The notes under the pieces: model-generated
Seen by the model: only the letters and a program-made list of their open reading frames with translations
Told to the model about the DNA's origin: nothing
Databases searched by the model: none
Shown here: piece after piece, positions 17,354 through 25,458 of the stretch
How positions within the stretch are numbered: position 1 is the first letter of the stretch
How the letters are laid out: each line of letters starts with the position of its first letter
Made by a program: the position numbers and the translations under genes
Virus record (IMG/VR): IMGVR_UViG_3300019765_001106
Span: 1 to 35,771 of that record
Direction: 5' to 3' (one strand)
Length of the DNA: 35,771 bases
From: a virus
Lineage: Duplodnaviria > Caudoviricetes

Positions 17354-18544
17354 ATGACTTTCCAACACGGCCTAACCATCACCGAAAAAACCACCGGCCC
17401 GCGCGCGATCGCCGCCGCGTCGCAAGCGGTGATCGGCCTGATCGCCACCGCGACCGCCAGCGGCGGGACCGAAGCCGAAGCTGCGCTCGACGCGGCCTTC
17501 CCGCTTGACACGCCGGTTCTGATCGCGGGCAATGTCGACCAGGCGGCGGGAAATGCTGGCGATGGTGGAACGCTCGCACCCGCGCTGACCGCGATCGCCG
17601 ACCAGGCAAGCGCGATTGTCGTCGTCGTCCGCATTGCCGAAGGGGTCGACCAGGACGCAACCGACGCGAACGTCATCGGCGCGACCGATGGCAACGCCTA
17701 CACCGGCTTGCAAGCCTTGCTGGCCGCGCCCGCATCGCTTGGCGTCAAGCCGACCATCATCGGCGCGCCTGGGCTCGACACGCAGCCAGTCGTCGAACAG
17801 ATGGTCAGCGCCGCGAAGAAGCTGCGCGGTTTCGTTTACGCGGGCGCAAAGGGCGCCGATGGGTTCACCCCCGCCGCCGACGAAGCCGAAGCGATCACCT
17901 ACCGCGGCGAATTTTCGCATCGCGAACTTATGCTGATTTGGCCCGACACATCGCAAAGCGGCGGCGACAATATCGCCCGCGCGCTGGGCCTTCGTGCGCA
18001 GATCGATGAATCGATCGGATGGCACAAGACCTTGTCGAATGTGCCGCTGGTCGGTGTTCTGGGGCTCGAACATGACGTTCACTTCGATCTGACCGACGCG
18101 ACAACCGCCGCCGGTCTTCTCAATTCGAAAGAAGTCACGACGATGATTCGCCAAACCGGCTTTCGGTTCTGGGGCAATCGCACCTGCGCCGACCCGCAAC
18201 AAAGCCCCGAATTCGCGTTTGAAAGCGCGGTTCGAACCAGCTTTGCCTTGCAAGCCGAAATCGAAAACGCGGTCGCGCCATTCCTCGACCAGCCCATGAC
18301 GCAAGGGCTTATCAAGGATTTGCTCGAAACCGTGAACGCCCGCTTCCGCCAACTGGCGACCGAAGGGCGCATCGTCGGGGCCGAAGCGTTTTTCGACGCC
18401 GACGCGAACAGCGCGCAGGAACTTGCCGCCGGTCGCCCGACCTTCCGGTTCCAATTCACCCCGACCGCCCCGCTGGAAAATGCGCGGGTCGATCTGGTCA
18501 TCACCGACTTTTACTATTCGGGCTTTGCCGACCAGCTGGTTTAA
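17354..18544 (+). CDS. gpFI: Tail sheath protein FI
   Basis: HG..I.E, FPL.TPVL, YTGLQALL.A...GVKP.IIGAPG, GWHKTLSNV and GFRFWGNRTC. Confidence 0.96.
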   Translation: MTFQHGLTITEKTTGPRAIAAASQAVIGLIATATASGGTEAEAALDAAFPLDTPVLIAGNVDQAAGNAGDGGTLAPALTAIADQASAIVVVVRIAEGVDQDATDANVIGATDGNAYTGLQALLAAPASLGVKPTIIGAPGLDTQPVVEQMVSAAKKLRGFVYAGAKGADGFTPAADEAEAITYRGEFSHRELMLIWPDTSQSGGDNIARALGLRAQIDESIGWHKTLSNVPLVGVLGLEHDVHFDLTDATTAAGLLNSKEVTTMIRQTGFRFWGNRTCADPQQSPEFAFESAVRTSFALQAEIENAVAPFLDQPMTQGLIKDLLETVNARFRQLATEGRIVGAEAFFDADANSAQELAAGRPTFRFQFTPTAPLENARVDLVITDFYYSGFADQLV

Positions 18545-18597
18545 CCGCTGGCGCGCTTGCCTGACCCTCTCATTTTCCCGCGAAAGGAACCGAACCG

Positions 18598-19107
18598 ATG
18601 GGCGTCCCAAAGAAGCTGAAGAACTTTAACATCCACGTCGACGGGCGCGGCTACCTTGGCCTCGCTTCGGAATTCGAAGAACCGCCCATCGCGATCGCGA
18701 CCGAAGATTATCGCGGCGCTGGCATGGTCGGCGGCGTCAAGATCGACCTCGGCGTCGAAATGATGGAAGCGACCCTGAAAATGGGCGGGCATGAAACCGA
18801 ACTTTTCCGCAAGTTTGGCGAAACCCGCGTCGATGGCGTTCGCGTTCGCCTCACCGGCGCTTACAAAGCCGACGATGGCGGGCTTGCGCAAGCGGTCGAA
18901 GTCAACATCGGCGGGCGCTTTACCGAAATCACGCCAGGCACATCGAAAGCGGGCGATGACACCGAACACGAATTCAAGGTCGCTTGCGCCTATTATCGCC
19001 GCGTTGTGAACGGTCGGGTCGAAATCGAAATCGACATGCTGAACGGCGTTTTCATCGTCGATGGCCGCGACCGTTACGCCGACATCATGGCGATCATCGC
19101 GAACTAA
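18598..19107 (+). CDS. gpFII: Tail tube protein FII
   Basis: P.KLKNFN...DG..Y.G, E.YRGAGM.G.V.ID.G and EID..N.V..VDG.D. Confidence 0.96.
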   Translation: MGVPKKLKNFNIHVDGRGYLGLASEFEEPPIAIATEDYRGAGMVGGVKIDLGVEMMEATLKMGGHETELFRKFGETRVDGVRVRLTGAYKADDGGLAQAVEVNIGGRFTEITPGTSKAGDDTEHEFKVACAYYRRVVNGRVEIEIDMLNGVFIVDGRDRYADIMAIIAN

Positions 19108-19116
19108 ACCCCTTCG

Positions 19117-19195
19117 GCGGCCAGCCCTTTTGCGGGGCAGCTGGTCGCTGGAACCTGGGCCGGTCGGCGCGTCTCTCTCTCGCGCCGGTCGGCCC
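19117..19195 (+). other. Twin hairpins after the tail tube gene
   Basis: GCGGCCAGC/GCTGGTCGC (19117-19148) and GGGCCGGTCGGCGCG-TCTCTCTCT-CGCGCCGGTCGGCCC (19157-19195). Confidence 0.55.
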
Positions 19196-19223
19196 GCCCC
19201 GCACAGCACAAGGAAGCCCCCGC

Positions 19224-19580
19224 ATGACCGACACCAATTCAAAGCCCGCCGATTTGGCGAAAAAGACCTTCGAAACCGTCGAACTGTCCGCGCCTATCGT
19301 TCGCGGCGATGTCACCATCGAAACGCTGAACATTCGCAAGCCCACGGCGGGCGAACTGCGCGGCGGGCTTTCGCTTGCTGATTTCATCGGGACCGACATC
19401 GGCGCGATTCTGAAAGTCTTACCGCGCATCACCGAACCGCCGCTGACCGAAGACGAATGCCACAATCTCGACTTGTCTGATCTGTCCGAAATCGGCGGAA
19501 CGATACGCGGTTTTTTTATGACGAAGGCCGAACGCGCGATGATGGACAAGATGATCGCGGAGCAACAGCCGACGAACTGA
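19224..19580 (+). CDS. gpE: Tail assembly chaperone E
   Basis: V.L..PI.RG...I..L..RKP.AGELRG, LPRIT.P.LT..E...LD..D and GFF slippery end. Confidence 0.92.
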   Translation: MTDTNSKPADLAKKTFETVELSAPIVRGDVTIETLNIRKPTAGELRGGLSLADFIGTDIGAILKVLPRITEPPLTEDECHNLDLSDLSEIGGTIRGFFMTKAERAMMDKMIAEQQPTN

Positions 19581-19711
19581 TCGCGGACATCGCCGGAATT
19601 TTTCACTGGCCGCTTTCGGAATTGCTCGCGCTGGACATTGACGAACTCACCGCCTGGCATGGCCGCGCGGTCAAATGGTGGAATGACCACCGCGCAGGAA
19701 AGGAAGGCTAG
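19224..19711 (+). CDS. gpE': E+E' fusion via programmed -1 frameshift at GGTTTTTTT (19509-19517)
   Basis: The -1 frame is open from the slippery site and reads YDEG...LIADIAGIFHWPLSELLALDIDELTAWHGRAV, the P2 E' signature, ending at TAG 19709-19711. Confidence 0.88.
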
Positions 19712-19714
19712 GCA

Positions 19715-21964
19715 ATGTCGAACAAGCTGTCGCTGATGGTGAATTTCGTCGGCGTCGACAAGCTTTCGGGTTCGCTGCGAAACATCATGCAACTGGGCCG
19801 CAAGGGCTCGCAATCGATCGGCAAGCTGACCGGCGAAAGCCGCAAATTGAAATCGCAGCTGGCAGGCGTTCGCCGCGAACTGCGCGGCGCGTCGGGCAAC
19901 GTGACCGGCCTGATCGATCGCGAGCGGGCGCTTGAACGCCAGATCGAACAAACGAACCGCGACCTGGCCGAACGCAAGCGGCTGATGAAAATCGACGCCG
20001 ACAAGCGCGCGATGCAAAGGCGCGGCGATGCGATGATGTCGAGCGGGCGCGATCAAATGGTCCAGGGCGCGACGCTGGCCGCGCCGCTTATCCTGGCGAC
20101 GAAATCGGCGGCGGAATTTTCAAGCGGGATGGTCGACATTCAGCAAAAGGCGGAATTGTCGAACAAGGCGACCGACAAGCTGGGCCGAAACATCCTGGTC
20201 GCCGCGCGCAACGCAAGGCAATTGCCCGAAGCGATGCGAAGCGGGCTCGACCTGCTGCTGGCGCGCGGCCTTGATGTCGACGCGGCGAACGATGTCATCG
20301 GCCCCGCCGGTCGCCTCGCGACCGCCTACAAGGTCGACATTCCCGACGCGGCGGGCGCTGCTTATTCCTCGCTGCAGAACCTTAAGGTCGCGGCGCGCGA
20401 TGTGCCGATGATCTTCGACGCGATGGCAGCGGCGGGCAATGCTGGCGGGTTCGAAGTCGCCGACATGGCGCGCCACTTCCCCGCGCTGACCGCGCAGCTG
20501 CAAGCGCTCGACCAGAAAGGGGTTCCAGCGGTCGCCGATCTGTCGGCGGCGCTGCAAGTCGCGATGCACACGGCGGGCAATGCCGACGAAGCGGGGAACA
20601 ACATCAAGAACCTGCTCGCCAAGATTAACGCCCCCGTGACCGTTCGCGCGTTCAAAAAGAACTTCGGCGTCGACTTGCCCGCCGCGATGGCAAAGCTTGA
20701 AGCGAAAGGCTATTCGGCGATGGAGGCGATCGCGATGGTCACGAAGGAAGCGACCGGCGGCGATATGAAAAAGCTGGGCTATGCCTTCGAAGACATGCAA
20801 GCGCGGCAAGGCATCATGGCGCTGATGCAGAACATGGACGAATATCGCGCAATCCGCGACGCGGCGATGAATTCGAAAGGCACGGTTGACGCAGGGTTCG
20901 ACCAGCGCGCCGCGCGCGATGCGACCGTCAACTGGCGGGCTTTCATGGGGAGCGTCTCGGCCCTTGCAATCACCATCGGAACAACCCTTTTGCCCGCCGC
21001 GACCGATGCGATGAATATGATTACAAGCCTTGCGTCGAGCGTCGGGCAATGGGCGCAAGCGAACCCCGAAGCCGCTGGAACCATCGCGAAGCTTGTCGCA
21101 GGGCTGGCGGTTTTCAAGATTGCGATGGGAGCCGCGACTTTCCTGGTCGGCGGCTTTCTTGGCCCGCTGGCGAAATTCATCGCCTTTTCGCAAAAGGTCG
21201 GACTTGCCGCAAAAGCGTTTACCGTCCTTCGCACCGCTTCCCTTTTCCTTGCCTCTGGCATGGCAAAAGCTGGCGCGCTTCTACTCGCGAACCCGATCAT
21301 TCTGGTCGTCACGCTAATCGCGGCGGCGATCGGCGTCGCGGCATATTTGATCTATACCCATTGGGACACCATCAAGGCCGCGTTTTGGTCCGCTGTCGAA
21401 TCGGTCAGCGGCGCGATGAATACGGTCTGGGCCTTCCTGAAAAGCGCGTTTGCGAAATGGGTTTCGCTGCACAGTCAGGCGATACAGATCGGGAAGGACA
21501 TTATCGGCGGGCTGGTCGCGGGCATCATGGCCGCGCCTGGCCGCGTTTGGACAGCGCTTAAAGGCATCGTCGGCGGGGCGATCGGCAACGTCAAGGACAT
21601 GCTGGGCATCGCCTCGCCCTCGCGCGTTTTCATGGCAATCGGCGATCACACCGGCGAAGGCTTCGCGCGCGGCATCGCGGGCAAGCGCTCGCGCGTCGAA
21701 GGGGTCGCCGGTCGCATGGCGCGCGGGGCGATCGCCGCTGGCGCGGTTGCGATGGCCCCGACCGCCGCGCTCGCGCAGCCAATGGCGCCAAGCGCCACCG
21801 CAAAAGCCCAGGCGCGCGGGATGGCGGGCGATGGGCGAAAGGTCGAAATTCACATTCACCAATTGCCAGGCGAAGACGCGCGCGAACTTGCCCGCCGCGT
21901 CGCCGAAGAATTGCGGCGCGAGGAAAAAAGCGCCGCGCTTTCAAGCTATGAGGACGAAATCTGA
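19715..21964 (+). CDS. gpT: Tail tape measure protein
   Basis: 749-aa Ala-rich helical protein with TP901-type core (AG..G.FE..DMA..FP.L), W...NP, LANPI and LGIASPSRVF. Confidence 0.95.
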   Translation: MSNKLSLMVNFVGVDKLSGSLRNIMQLGRKGSQSIGKLTGESRKLKSQLAGVRRELRGASGNVTGLIDRERALERQIEQTNRDLAERKRLMKIDADKRAMQRRGDAMMSSGRDQMVQGATLAAPLILATKSAAEFSSGMVDIQQKAELSNKATDKLGRNILVAARNARQLPEAMRSGLDLLLARGLDVDAANDVIGPAGRLATAYKVDIPDAAGAAYSSLQNLKVAARDVPMIFDAMAAAGNAGGFEVADMARHFPALTAQLQALDQKGVPAVADLSAALQVAMHTAGNADEAGNNIKNLLAKINAPVTVRAFKKNFGVDLPAAMAKLEAKGYSAMEAIAMVTKEATGGDMKKLGYAFEDMQARQGIMALMQNMDEYRAIRDAAMNSKGTVDAGFDQRAARDATVNWRAFMGSVSALAITIGTTLLPAATDAMNMITSLASSVGQWAQANPEAAGTIAKLVAGLAVFKIAMGAATFLVGGFLGPLAKFIAFSQKVGLAAKAFTVLRTASLFLASGMAKAGALLLANPIILVVTLIAAAIGVAAYLIYTHWDTIKAAFWSAVESVSGAMNTVWAFLKSAFAKWVSLHSQAIQIGKDIIGGLVAGIMAAPGRVWTALKGIVGGAIGNVKDMLGIASPSRVFMAIGDHTGEGFARGIAGKRSRVEGVAGRMARGAIAAGAVAMAPTAALAQPMAPSATAKAQARGMAGDGRKVEIHIHQLPGEDARELARRVAEELRREEKSAALSSYEDEI

Positions 21965-22407
21965 TGGCATCGCGCCCACCCTTTGCGACGAACCTCTCCC
22001 CGCGCCATTTGATGAGCTTTGGGATGTTCGTCTTCGGATTGGATACCGCCGCCTATCAATCCTTGCGCCGGTCGCGCGAATGGCGCCACGCGACCAGCGA
22101 GCGCCACGGCGTGCGCGACGCGGCGCAATACATTGGCCCAGGACAAGACACGATCGAACTGGCGGGGCTGTTGGTTCCCGAACTCGGCGCGCGCTATTCC
22201 TCGCTGCAAACGCTGGCGGCGATGGCCGACACCGGCAACAATTATCCGCTGATGGACGGAACGGGTCGAATTCTCGGGCATTATCGCATCGTTCGTATGG
22301 ACGAAGATCACCTGACCGTCATGGCGGGCGGCATCCCGCGCCATGTCGACTTCGCAATCCAGCTACAGCGTGCAGCCGACGATGAAATCACGCAGGAAAG
22401 CGCCTGA
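21964..22407 (+). CDS. gpU: Tail protein U
   Basis: LM.FG.FVF.L.T..YQ.L.R...WRH, QY.GPG.D.I.L.G and L.DG.G.I.G.Y. Confidence 0.93.
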   Translation: MASRPPFATNLSPRHLMSFGMFVFGLDTAAYQSLRRSREWRHATSERHGVRDAAQYIGPGQDTIELAGLLVPELGARYSSLQTLAAMADTGNNYPLMDGTGRILGHYRIVRMDEDHLTVMAGGIPRHVDFAIQLQRAADDEITQESA

Positions 22408-23405
22408 TGACCGCGCGCATTGCCAAAGTCGCACTTTCGATCGATGGCGGCGAGGATCTGGCGAGCAAAGTCAATCCGCGCCTTTTGTCCCTCCGCCTGT
22501 CGGAACTGCGCGAAGCCGAAGCCGACACCCTCGAAATCCGATTGCTAAACAGAGATGGGCGTATCGCGGTTCCCAGAACGGGCGCCGTTCTCAATCTCTC
22601 GCTGGGCTGGAAAAGCGGCGACGATGTCGCGGTCGGGCTGGTCGATAAAGGAAGCTTTACCGTCGACGAAGTCGGGCAGGAGGGACCGCCCGACGCGGTT
22701 GTCATCAAGGCGCGGTCAGCTGACCTTACCGGCCTCTTGCGCCAGCGCCGAACGAAGACCTGGCGCGACACCGACCTAAGCGCAATCCTGACCGAAATCG
22801 CCGGTCGGCATGGCCGCGAAGCCAAGGTCGCGCTCGATTTCGAAGGGCGCGCGATCGATGCAATCGAACAGGAAGGGAAAAGCGATGCGGCTTTCGTCGC
22901 CGATCTTGGCCGACGCTATGACGCGGTCGCGACATGGAAAGGCGGCTTCCTGCTTTTCCTTCCGATCGGCGCGTCATCGACCGCGACCGGCGCGCCGCTG
23001 GCAAGGGCAACGCTTACGAAGCGCGATGGCTGGGCCTGGACTTTCCGCCAGCGCGACCGCGAAGCCTATGATGGCGCCGAAGCGCAATGGCAGGACCAAG
23101 ACGCGGGCCAGCGCAAGACAATCACAATAGGCGGCGACAGCCGGCGCAAGCTAAAGCGGATTTACGCCACCGAAGGCGAAGCGCGCCAGGCGGCGCAATC
23201 AGCGGTCAAGCGAGCCGAACGCACCCCGCACACATTCACTTATGAATTGGCGGTCGCCGACCCCGCGCTGCAGCCCGACGCGCGGGTCAGCTTGTCGGGA
23301 TGGGGCGAAAAGATCGACGGTTTCGAGTGGCTGGTCGAACGGGTCGACACCGAATTCGGCGCGGGCGGATTGCAGCAAAAGGTCGAACTTGAAGGGCTCG
23401 CTTAG
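22407..23405 (+). CDS. gpD: Late control / baseplate hub protein D
   Basis: RL.SL.L.E.R..EAD.L.I.L, L..KG.F.VDE....GPPD...I.ARSAD, Q..SD..F...L..RYDA..T.K.G and L...Y.TE.EA..AA. Confidence 0.94.
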   Translation: MTARIAKVALSIDGGEDLASKVNPRLLSLRLSELREAEADTLEIRLLNRDGRIAVPRTGAVLNLSLGWKSGDDVAVGLVDKGSFTVDEVGQEGPPDAVVIKARSADLTGLLRQRRTKTWRDTDLSAILTEIAGRHGREAKVALDFEGRAIDAIEQEGKSDAAFVADLGRRYDAVATWKGGFLLFLPIGASSTATGAPLARATLTKRDGWAWTFRQRDREAYDGAEAQWQDQDAGQRKTITIGGDSRRKLKRIYATEGEARQAAQSAVKRAERTPHTFTYELAVADPALQPDARVSLSGWGEKIDGFEWLVERVDTEFGAGGLQQKVELEGLA

Positions 23406-23833
23406 GGAGCGACGATAATCTGGTCGGGGTCATGTGCTAACACGCTAGACCCTTTGCCGACCACCATCTCGCCGACGCTACATTCATCTGCGACAAAAGG
23501 TGCATTGGCCGTCCACATCTCGCGCGCGCCGGTATTGTCGACAAACCAGAACCGCAAATTTGCTTCACGCTCACCCGATGGCGCTGGGTCAGTCACATTG
23601 AAATCGTGAAATTCCAAACTCTCAATATGATCGGCGGGCAAAACGTCGCGAACGCGTTGCAATGCTGTATCGAGAAAAGCGGGGTCAGCGGCGCGGCAAA
23701 TATCTTGAGGCTCTGGGTTCCACAGGTCGGCCCGCGCAATCGAATAAGTTTCGGGCGATGGCGAAGAAACTTGATCGGCTGCCCCCTCACATGCGGCAAG
23801 CGAAGCGAGCAAGGCCAAGAGGGGTAATCTCAT
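23402..23833 (-). CDS. Lipoprotein of unknown function, coupled to cI
   Basis: Lipobox MRLPLLALLASLAAC; ATGA overlap with the cI stop; lower GC. Confidence 0.8.
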   Translation of the reverse strand: MRLPLLALLASLAACEGAADQVSSPSPETYSIARADLWNPEPQDICRAADPAFLDTALQRVRDVLPADHIESLEFHDFNVTDPAPSGEREANLRFWFVDNTGAREMWTANAPFVADECSVGEMVVGKGSSVLAHDPDQIIVAP

Positions 23834-24501
23834 ACTTTCCTCACAATAGCGACAACGCGGCCAATCAGGAACAATTCATCATCTACAGCGCGATCTTCAG
23901 GAACCGAAGGATTATCGGACAGAATTGCGACACTGCCATCGGGTCGCGGGCGCAACCGTTTAACCATCCCGACACCGCCAAAGCTAAAAACCCATATTTG
24001 ATCGGCCAGCTTCATCGTGTCGATGCCGCGATCAATCAAAAGCTGATCGTTAGAACCGATAGTCGGAGCCATACTGTCGCCAACTCCATCGGCGATCACA
24101 AGATCACCCGCGCGCGCCTTTGTGTATCGCCGGATAAATGACAGCGGGAACGGCTCGCTGCGCACGTTTTCAAGCGCCGCCGTGTCATCAAGAAACGTCC
24201 CGCCCATGCCATAGGCCAGGTCAATGACCGGAACTTCAATAATCCTGTCTTCGGAGGGTGGCGAAGGCGCGTATTCTCCAGATTTTCTAGCGGCTGCGTA
24301 TGGGTCATCCGTTTCGCCCAGTAAGAACTCTTCGCTAGTGTTCAAGTGCCGCGCGATCTCGCGCAGATACTTTGTCGTTTGCGCGTTTCCGCTGACGAGT
24401 TTCCAGATGGTTTGCTGCGACACGCCGATGCGTCGCGCCAGCTCCGCTTGAGACAAATCATGGGCGTCAAGCTGTTCCTCGATTCGTTTGCCTAAAGTCA
24501 T
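23830..24501 (-). CDS. cI: CI-type repressor (XRE HTH plus S24 autopeptidase)
   Basis: LSQAELARRIGVSQQTI..L HTH, GDSM.PTI catalytic Ser and VKRL catalytic Lys. Start ATG 24501 (MTLGKRI). Confidence 0.92.
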   Translation of the reverse strand: MTLGKRIEEQLDAHDLSQAELARRIGVSQQTIWKLVSGNAQTTKYLREIARHLNTSEEFLLGETDDPYAAARKSGEYAPSPPSEDRIIEVPVIDLAYGMGGTFLDDTAALENVRSEPFPLSFIRRYTKARAGDLVIADGVGDSMAPTIGSNDQLLIDRGIDTMKLADQIWVFSFGGVGMVKRLRPRPDGSVAILSDNPSVPEDRAVDDELFLIGRVVAIVRKV

Positions 24502-24524
24502 TGCTGCAACATATGCAGCCTTTG

Positions 24525-24586
24525 GCAACGACGGTTGTGAATTTTGGGTGTTGACCATAACAACCTTGGTTGTTACTTGGTTGTTA
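24525..24586. promoter_or_regulatory. cI/cro operators and rightward promoter
   Basis: Palindrome TAACAACC-TT-GGTTGTTA (24558-24575; ACAA-N6-TTGT core), a second site GCAACGACGGTTGT (24525-24538) and TTGACC-N17-TACTTG (24551-24579). Confidence 0.7.
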
Positions 24587-24894
24587 TGAAGAACATCCTA
24601 ACACCTTTCGAAGCTTTGGAAGCTGCAGTTGATAAGGCGGGCTCACAGGCCGAACTTGCGCGCATTGCTGAAGTAAGCGCAACCGCCGTTTGGAAGTGGC
24701 TTCATTCATCGAAGCGCGTCCCCGCTGAATTTGTTCTGAAGATCGAAGCCGCGACCGGCGTTTCACGCCATGACCTTCGCCCCGACATTTATCCGCGCGC
24801 CGCAATGACAGATCGCCGCGCGCAAACCCGCTTCGCAGCTGTCGACCGGCGCGTCGGCGATCGCGAAAGCTTTCAGGGGAGCCCCGCAACATGA
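24586..24894 (+). CDS. cro: Cro-like (YdaS family) HTH regulator
   Basis: AL..AV..AGSQAELAR...VS..AV.KWL....VP......IE.ATGVSRHDLRPDIYP; divergent from cI. Confidence 0.88.
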   Translation: MKNILTPFEALEAAVDKAGSQAELARIAEVSATAVWKWLHSSKRVPAEFVLKIEAATGVSRHDLRPDIYPRAAMTDRRAQTRFAAVDRRVGDRESFQGSPAT

Positions 24895-25259
24895 ATGCTA
24901 TAACCACGATGGCCCGAAAAATGATCTTCGCGCCTATGATGCTTCGCTTCCAGCCTGGGGGCAAAAAATCTGGCAAAGGCTGTTTTCTGCAATGTGCAAA
25001 ATGTGACGCGCCAGCTGTCATTCGGCGATCTGACCGGCCCTCGCCGGTTGTAACGCAATTGATCGGGATTTGCACCGATGCGGCTTGCGGGCACACCTTT
25101 CGCGCCGACATCGTTTTCGTTCATTCGCTTAGCCCTGGAACAATTGATCGGCCCGACTTGGCCCTGCCTGTGTGCCCGCCGAAAGATTTGACCCACATTA
25201 GACCGCCTAGCGAAGCCGAGCCCGACGCGAGCGAACCGACTTTTTTCGAAAACGCCTAA
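24891..25259 (+). CDS. ogr: Ogr/Delta-like zinc-finger late activator
   Basis: CAKC...A.IRRS...CTD.ACGHTF C2C2 motif followed by SLSP..I..P.L.LP. Confidence 0.85.
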   Translation: MNAITTMARKMIFAPMMLRFQPGGKKSGKGCFLQCAKCDAPAVIRRSDRPSPVVTQLIGICTDAACGHTFRADIVFVHSLSPGTIDRPDLALPVCPPKDLTHIRPPSEAEPDASEPTFFENA

Positions 25260-25326
25260 CCGACTGAAATTTCGAACATTCTCAAAACTTGAAAACCGGC
25301 GGTTCGACACCGCCGAAGGGGAAGCC

Positions 25327-25458
25327 ATGCCTGAACTTGACCTAACCGAAGAACAGCTGCGCAAACTGCAGATCGCGACCGAAATCCTTTGCGCTTTCGC
25401 GATGCTTTGCGCGTCGATCTTGCTGGTCACAATGCTTTATCAGGTCTTCGCGAAGTGA
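25327..25458 (+). CDS. 43-aa single-TM peptide (not in the ORF track)
   Basis: Hand translation: MPELDLTEEQLRKLQIATEILCAFAMLCASILLVTMLYQVFAK. AAGGGG RBS; GTGA overlap with the primase start. Confidence 0.55.
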   Translation: MPELDLTEEQLRKLQIATEILCAFAMLCASILLVTMLYQVFAK

